A stretch of 64,000 bases of DNA, taken from NCBI GenBank assembly GCA_902520195.1, contig CABYND010000009.1, positions 24,794-88,793 on the forward strand, in the 5' to 3' direction. Below are positions 58,660 through 64,000 of this stretch, piece after piece. Numbering within the stretch: the first letter of the stretch is position 1; each line of letters opens with the position of its first letter. The position numbers and the translations under genes are program-made. The notes beneath the pieces were generated by a model, which searched no databases, had not been told where the DNA came from, and saw only the letters and a program-made list of their open reading frames with translations. The stretch is from Halieaceae bacterium. GTDB taxonomy: Bacteria > Pseudomonadota > Gammaproteobacteria > Pseudomonadales > Halieaceae.

Positions 58660-59523
58660 CTACTCAATGTTCTGGATTTGCTCGCGCATTTGCTCAATCA
58701 ATACTTTGAGCTCTACCGAGACATTGGTGGTGCTGAGCGCGGTGGATTTTGAGCCCAGCGTATTGGCTTCGCGATTAAGCTCCTGCATCAGGAAATCCAG
58801 ACGCCTGCCGACCGGCAAAGTGCTCTCAAGGGCCGATTCAATAGCATCGAGATGCGCATCCAGGCGATCCATTTCCTCTTCTACATCCGCCCGCTGCAAT
58901 ACATACACAATCTCTTCTTCCAGCCGCATCTGTTCTGCTTCGATATCGAGCGATTGCAGCCGATCGAGAAGGCGCTGTCGATGCGCCGCCTGCAGCGCCG
59001 GCAGCTGTTGCCGGAGTGTGGTGAGATGCCCCCGCATCGCATCTGATCGCTGTTGAATCAGTGCGGCCAGTTTCTCGCCTTCCTGTTGCCGCTGCTCCCG
59101 CAGGCCCTCGAAGCATTGTCTGGCGGCATCGGTTGTCGCACGCTGTAGCGCTTCCATGTCGGTTTCGGGTTCGCTGAGCACGCCAGGTGAGAGCAGCAGC
59201 GCGAGCTGATCAGGCGCTATGGCATCGGGGAACTCGCCTGCAACTTCTGACAACGCGGCCTTCAAGGCGGAGAGACGCTCACGATTGAGTGTGGCGGGGG
59301 CACCGGAGCCGCCGTCTGAGACGCGCACCAACATCTCAAGCTTGCCACGAGCAAAAAACGTCCCCACCTGCTCGCGCAAACTGCCTTCCACGCTTCTCAG
59401 TGTGTCCGGCATCCGGCACTGCAGATCCAGGTAGCGATTGTTGACGGAGCGGCACTCTACGGTGACCGTCAGGGCCCCCGTTGTTACACTCCCGCGGGCA
59501 AAGCCCGTCATGCTCTGAGTCAC
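58660..59523 (-). CDS. yicC: YicC/YloC family endoribonuclease
   Basis: SMTGFA, RSVNNRYLD, GRRLDFLMQELNREANTLGSK and EQMREQIQNIE motifs. Confidence 0.95.
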   Translation of the reverse strand: MTQSMTGFARGSVTTGALTVTVECRSVNNRYLDLQCRMPDTLRSVEGSLREQVGTFFARGKLEMLVRVSDGGSGAPATLNRERLSALKAALSEVAGEFPDAIAPDQLALLLSPGVLSEPETDMEALQRATTDAARQCFEGLREQRQQEGEKLAALIQQRSDAMRGHLTTLRQQLPALQAAHRQRLLDRLQSLDIEAEQMRLEEEIVYVLQRADVEEEMDRLDAHLDAIESALESTLPVGRRLDFLMQELNREANTLGSKSTALSTTNVSVELKVLIEQMREQIQNIE

Positions 59524-59580
59524 CGTTATTCCTCAACCAAGCGCGCTGCTAAGTGTAACAGCAGTGACTCGGACTGAACG

Positions 59581-59589
59581 TTATCCACA
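59581..59589 (+). promoter_or_regulatory. Perfect DnaA box adjacent to the rph RBS
   Basis: TTATCCACA followed directly by GCAGGAG and the rph ATG at 59604. Confidence 0.5.
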
Positions 59590-59603
59590 GCAGGAGAACC
59601 GTT

Positions 59604-60338
59604 ATGGACACACTACCCGACCGGCCCAGTGGCCGTGCCCCGGACGCCATGCGGGCCATTCAGTTTTATCGGGGATACACCTGTCACGCTGAGGGCTCCG
59701 TGTTGGTGTCTTTTGGGCTGACAAAGGTGATTTGTACAGCGAGTGTGAGCGCTGGTGTACCCGGTTTTCTGCGGGGGAAGGGCGAGGGGTGGTTGACCGC
59801 CGAGTACGGTATGTTGCCGCGCTCTACCGGATCGCGGATGGACCGGGAGGCAGCGCGCGGCAAGCAGGGTGGCAGAACGGTTGAAATTCAGCGACTCATT
59901 GGTCGCTCCTTGCGTGCCGCGTTGGATCTCAAGCTGTTGGGAGAGCGCACGATCACTGTGGACTGCGATGTGATTCAGGCAGATGGTGGCACTCGCACAG
60001 CTGCGATTTCGGGAGCCTGTGTGGCGTTGGTTGATGCGTTGAACCACCTTCAGCGCGCGGGTGAACTGGATGCCGATCCGCTGAAACATTTGATCTCAGC
60101 GGTGTCTGTTGGTGTCTGGAATGGCCTGCCGATAGCGGACCTTGATTATGCTGAGGACTCGACGGCAGACAGCGACATGAACGTGGTGATGACGGAGCAG
60201 GGTGGTCTGATCGAGGTGCAGGGCACCGCGGAGGGTGCCACTTTTAGTCAGGAGGAACTGACGGGTCTTCTCGCGCTGGCCTTTTCCGCTGGTGAAGCTA
60301 TTACAGCCGCGCAGCGGGCTGCACTGAGCGCAGGCTAG
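59604..60338 (+). CDS. rph: Ribonuclease PH
   Basis: [17 protein letters not shown] and [14 protein letters not shown] motifs. Confidence 0.97.
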   Translation: MDTLPDRPSGRAPDAMRAIQFYRGYTCHAEGSVLVSFGLTKVICTASVSAGVPGFLRGKGEGWLTAEYGMLPRSTGSRMDREAARGKQGGRTVEIQRLIGRSLRAALDLKLLGERTITVDCDVIQADGGTRTAAISGACVALVDALNHLQRAGELDADPLKHLISAVSVGVWNGLPIADLDYAEDSTADSDMNVVMTEQGGLIEVQGTAEGATFSQEELTGLLALAFSAGEAITAAQRAALSAG

Positions 60339-61096
60339 AGTTTCAGGTCGTAATCGATGATGACGGGAGCGTGGCGTGAGAACGCCTGCTCATCAAAAAT
60401 AGTACCGCACTCAACCTGGCTCACCAGAAGCTCGGAAATAATTTGGGTATCGGTGCGCAGACCGCCCGCATCGTCGCCATCAGGCCACCAGGTATATGCG
60501 CCGGGCTCCTGATCAGTCAAGGAGTAAGCGTCGGCGTAACCGCTGTCGTACAGGTCCAGCAACCAACCACGTTCAGAAGGCGATAGCCCGGGAAGCGCCT
60601 GACTGTTCCCAGCGTCCTCCGCATCGGCATGATGCGCCATGAGCTCCCAGCCACCACAGAGAATGTAGCCCCGGCGTTTGTGGCGCACTTTCTCTAGGTG
60701 GCTGCTGAGCTGTGAGAGAAAGTCCAGCTTGCTGGCCATGGCCTCGGGGCCGCCCGTGCCACTGGGCACCAGCACAGAGCCCACGCTAATCTCGTCAAAA
60801 TCTGCCTGTATGTAGAGGCCCCGAGCGTCAAACGCCCCGAACCCCAGACCCCAGATGATGGCTTTGGGCAACTGCTTGCAGTAGATGGCGACGCCGTTGA
60901 GGCGGGGGTCGTCGTAATGATCCAGAAAGTACGGGTTGTAGTGATCGGGGAAAAAAGCATTCCCGGCGAGCATGTGTTCGGCGCAACGGGTGTCCTGCAG
61001 GCAGATGATGTCCGCGTCGTATGCAAACAACCACTCCAGACAGCCCGTGTTGGCAGCCTGTTCTAGCCCTTCGATGACGAGGCTGATGACCCTCAT
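60335..61096 (-). CDS. crc: Catabolite repression control protein Crc (catalytically degenerate ExoIII/Xth fold)
   Basis: [33 protein letters not shown] and FSRHAP resemble Pseudomonas Crc as recalled from memory. The position between rph and pyrE is the crc locus. Confidence 0.8.
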   Translation of the reverse strand: MRVISLVIEGLEQAANTGCLEWLFAYDADIICLQDTRCAEHMLAGNAFFPDHYNPYFLDHYDDPRLNGVAIYCKQLPKAIIWGLGFGAFDARGLYIQADFDEISVGSVLVPSGTGGPEAMASKLDFLSQLSSHLEKVRHKRRGYILCGGWELMAHHADAEDAGNSQALPGLSPSERGWLLDLYDSGYADAYSLTDQEPGAYTWWPDGDDAGGLRTDTQIISELLVSQVECGTIFDEQAFSRHAPVIIDYDLKL

Positions 61097-61217
61097 TGCT
61101 ATTCCTGCTCGTAATGTTTTCATATGATACGGTGAAACCAAGGGGCCAGACTGCGCCCCAACGTGGATTCGGGGCTGTTAATCACAGCCTGAACAACAAT
61201 ACGCCATGGAGTGAGTT

Positions 61218-61874
61218 GTGAGTAAGACTGCGCAGCCTTTCCAGCAGGACTTTATCGAATTGGCATTGAAGTATGAGGTGCTGCAGTTCGGTGAGTTTGA
61301 GCTCAAGTCCGGGCGGATCAGCCCCTATTTCTTCAACGCCGGCAAGTTCTCGACAGGCGGCGCACTGGCGCGCTTGGGGCGCTGTTATGCCGCTGCCTTA
61401 CGCGCGTCTGGTCTGCAGGTCGATATGCTGTTTGGTCCCGCTTACAAAGGGATTCCTTTGGTCTCCACCACTGCGATCGCATTGTCAGAGCAACACGGTG
61501 TGGATTTGCCGTTTGCCTTCAACCGCAAGGAAGCGAAGACCCACGGGGAGGGCGGCAATATTGTCGGCGCGCCGCTCGCCGGCGACGTGGTGGTCATTGA
61601 TGATGTGATGACAGCCGGCACGGCCATCCGCGAATCCATGAGCATACTGAATGAGTCGGGTGCCCGCGGCGCGGGTGTGGTGATTGGGCTGGATCGTTGC
61701 GAGCGAGGTGATGGCGAGCGCTCGGCTGTGCAGCAAGTGGAACAGGATTGGGGGCTCATGGTGGTGAGCGTGGTGTCGCTGCATGACATCATTGCCTGGG
61801 TAGAAACGCACCCCGAGGTGGCGCAGCACCGAGAGGCTTTGGAACAGTATCGGGAGCGTTACGGTGTGGCGTAA
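61218..61874 (+). CDS. pyrE: Orotate phosphoribosyltransferase
   Basis: [23 protein letters not shown] and [11 protein letters not shown] motifs. Confidence 0.97.
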   Translation: MSKTAQPFQQDFIELALKYEVLQFGEFELKSGRISPYFFNAGKFSTGGALARLGRCYAAALRASGLQVDMLFGPAYKGIPLVSTTAIALSEQHGVDLPFAFNRKEAKTHGEGGNIVGAPLAGDVVVIDDVMTAGTAIRESMSILNESGARGAGVVIGLDRCERGDGERSAVQQVEQDWGLMVVSVVSLHDIIAWVETHPEVAQHREALEQYRERYGVA

Positions 61875-62275
61875 ATATTTCCCCTCCGCGATTTTGCTCG
61901 GCGCCTGTGTGGGTAGTGTGACGGCGGCTTAACTTTACCGCTATCAGAATGAAGCGGGCATTACGGTGGTCGACTGGGTGATTCCTGCTGCCTACGTAGG
62001 CAGTGGCTATGAAATACTCAACGCGTCGGGTCAGGTGGTTCGTGTGGTGCCGCCTGCAAAAACGGATACTGACTTTGAGCGAGACGCCGCTGCTGCGCGT
62101 GCGCAGGACGCAGAGGCTGTTGCTCAGGCAGCACAGTTGGAGCGCGATACTTTTTTGTTGCGGCGTTACGGCACGATTCAGAATATTGAGGCAGCGCGAT
62201 ATCGCCCGCTTTGCTGAGTTAGAGGAGATTGTCGAGTTGCGGCGCCAGATAAACGTGTCGCCCTCCTCACCCTAG
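61864..62275 (+). pseudogene. Disrupted secreted DUF4124-like/coiled-coil protein
   Basis: GTG 61864 and a signal peptide, then an in-frame TAA at 61930 before LYRYQNEAG. The frame breaks again near 62205, where RFAELEEIVELRRQ continues in another frame. Confidence 0.7.
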
Positions 62276-62292
62276 TAAGATCAAAACGGGCC

Positions 62293-62913
62293 TCATGGGC
62301 TGGCAGTGACTGTGGGTTTCATCAAGCCGTCAGTCAGCTGTACCCATTGATCGACCCAGCCCTCTGTAGGGTTGCGCTGGAAGTCGCTACGGCAGAATTG
62401 CGACACCCTGCCTTCCGCCGCGGCCATGAGCAGGTTGGCTGCAGTCGCGACCGGCAGGCGGGTGCGGCGCTGTTCTCGCATCTCCGCCTCACGCAGATAC
62501 TGCTTGAGCTGAGTCTCGAGTCGCTGATACAGCTGCTCAACCTGTTGATGCAGCGGCAGTGACTCACCTGTCAGTGCCCGTCCCGTGAGCAATCGTGTGA
62601 TGCCCGGGTTCTTTTCGCTGAATTCCAGATAGATTTTTAGCAGTGTCTGGCACTGATCCAGCGCGCTCACCTGCTCACTGGGGATGCGACCAATCAGGCC
62701 AAACAGGGTGTCTTCAGCAAACCCGAGGAGTGCGGCATACATGGTGCGTTTCGAGGGAAAGTGACGGTACAGCGCGGCTTCCGAGGCCCCCACAGCCGCT
62801 GCGATTCGGGCGGTTGTAATGCGGGTGTCGGGAGCTTCCTCCAGCATCTTCGTGAGCGCTATGAGAATCTGTTGCTTACGATCGACCTGAGCGGTTGGTG
62901 CGCTGTCCGGCAT
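62293..62913 (-). CDS. slmA: Nucleoid occlusion factor SlmA
   Basis: TetR HTH ITTARIAAAVGASEAALYRHFPSK, NPGITRLLTG and EG...QFCRSDF motifs. Confidence 0.92.
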   Translation of the reverse strand: MPDSAPTAQVDRKQQILIALTKMLEEAPDTRITTARIAAAVGASEAALYRHFPSKRTMYAALLGFAEDTLFGLIGRIPSEQVSALDQCQTLLKIYLEFSEKNPGITRLLTGRALTGESLPLHQQVEQLYQRLETQLKQYLREAEMREQRRTRLPVATAANLLMAAAEGRVSQFCRSDFQRNPTEGWVDQWVQLTDGLMKPTVTASP

Positions 62914-62976
62914 GTGCCCTCGAACGTCCGGGGTATGGGACGATGCTAATCAGAGCGGAGGTTGGGTGCAAATCCC

Positions 62977-63885
<909 letters not shown>

Positions 63886-64000
63886 TCACAGAGAATGATC
63901 CGCTGCACGCGCAAAGGCAATGTGAAGATGCCGCAGACCGGGTTGAGCGCTGTTAGTGCCTCGGATAAGTCTTAAGGCCGATCAAAATTGCAAGAATTAG

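Noticed and set aside
59546-59561. LexA-box-like CTGCTAAGTGTAACAG between yicC and rph
   Set aside because: Mismatch in the conserved CTGT and no TA-alternating core. Too weak to support.

Overview
A chromosome origin-of-replication region from a ~59% GC gammaproteobacterium with Pseudomonas-like gene order. It is probably Cellvibrionales/Halieaceae (OM60/NOR5); that is an inference from synteny and protein style, not a database match. The window is almost all housekeeping genes: coxBA, aroE-hemF-tsaC, def-fmt-rsmB-trkAH, glyQS-rmuC, dnaA-dnaN-recF-gyrB, rpmH-rnpA-yidD-yidC-mnmE, a likely oriC, mnmG-rsmG-parAB, the complete atp operon, glmUS, uvrD, a TRAP transporter, yaaA, ubiA, recG, spoT-rpoZ-gmk-yicC, rph, a Crc orthologue, pyrE, slmA and argB. 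I found no rRNA, tRNA, CRISPR array, prophage or intact mobile element, and no clearly new multi-gene system. The most interesting signals are small. They are two DnaA-box clusters, two parS palindromes inside recF, a perfect DnaA box at the rph ribosome-binding site, and a Crc-like protein with an AAnAAnAA motif in the adjacent pyrE leader. There are also unannotated or decaying small ORFs after glmS, a short-repeat array in the leader of a secreted protein, and several gene-loss scars.
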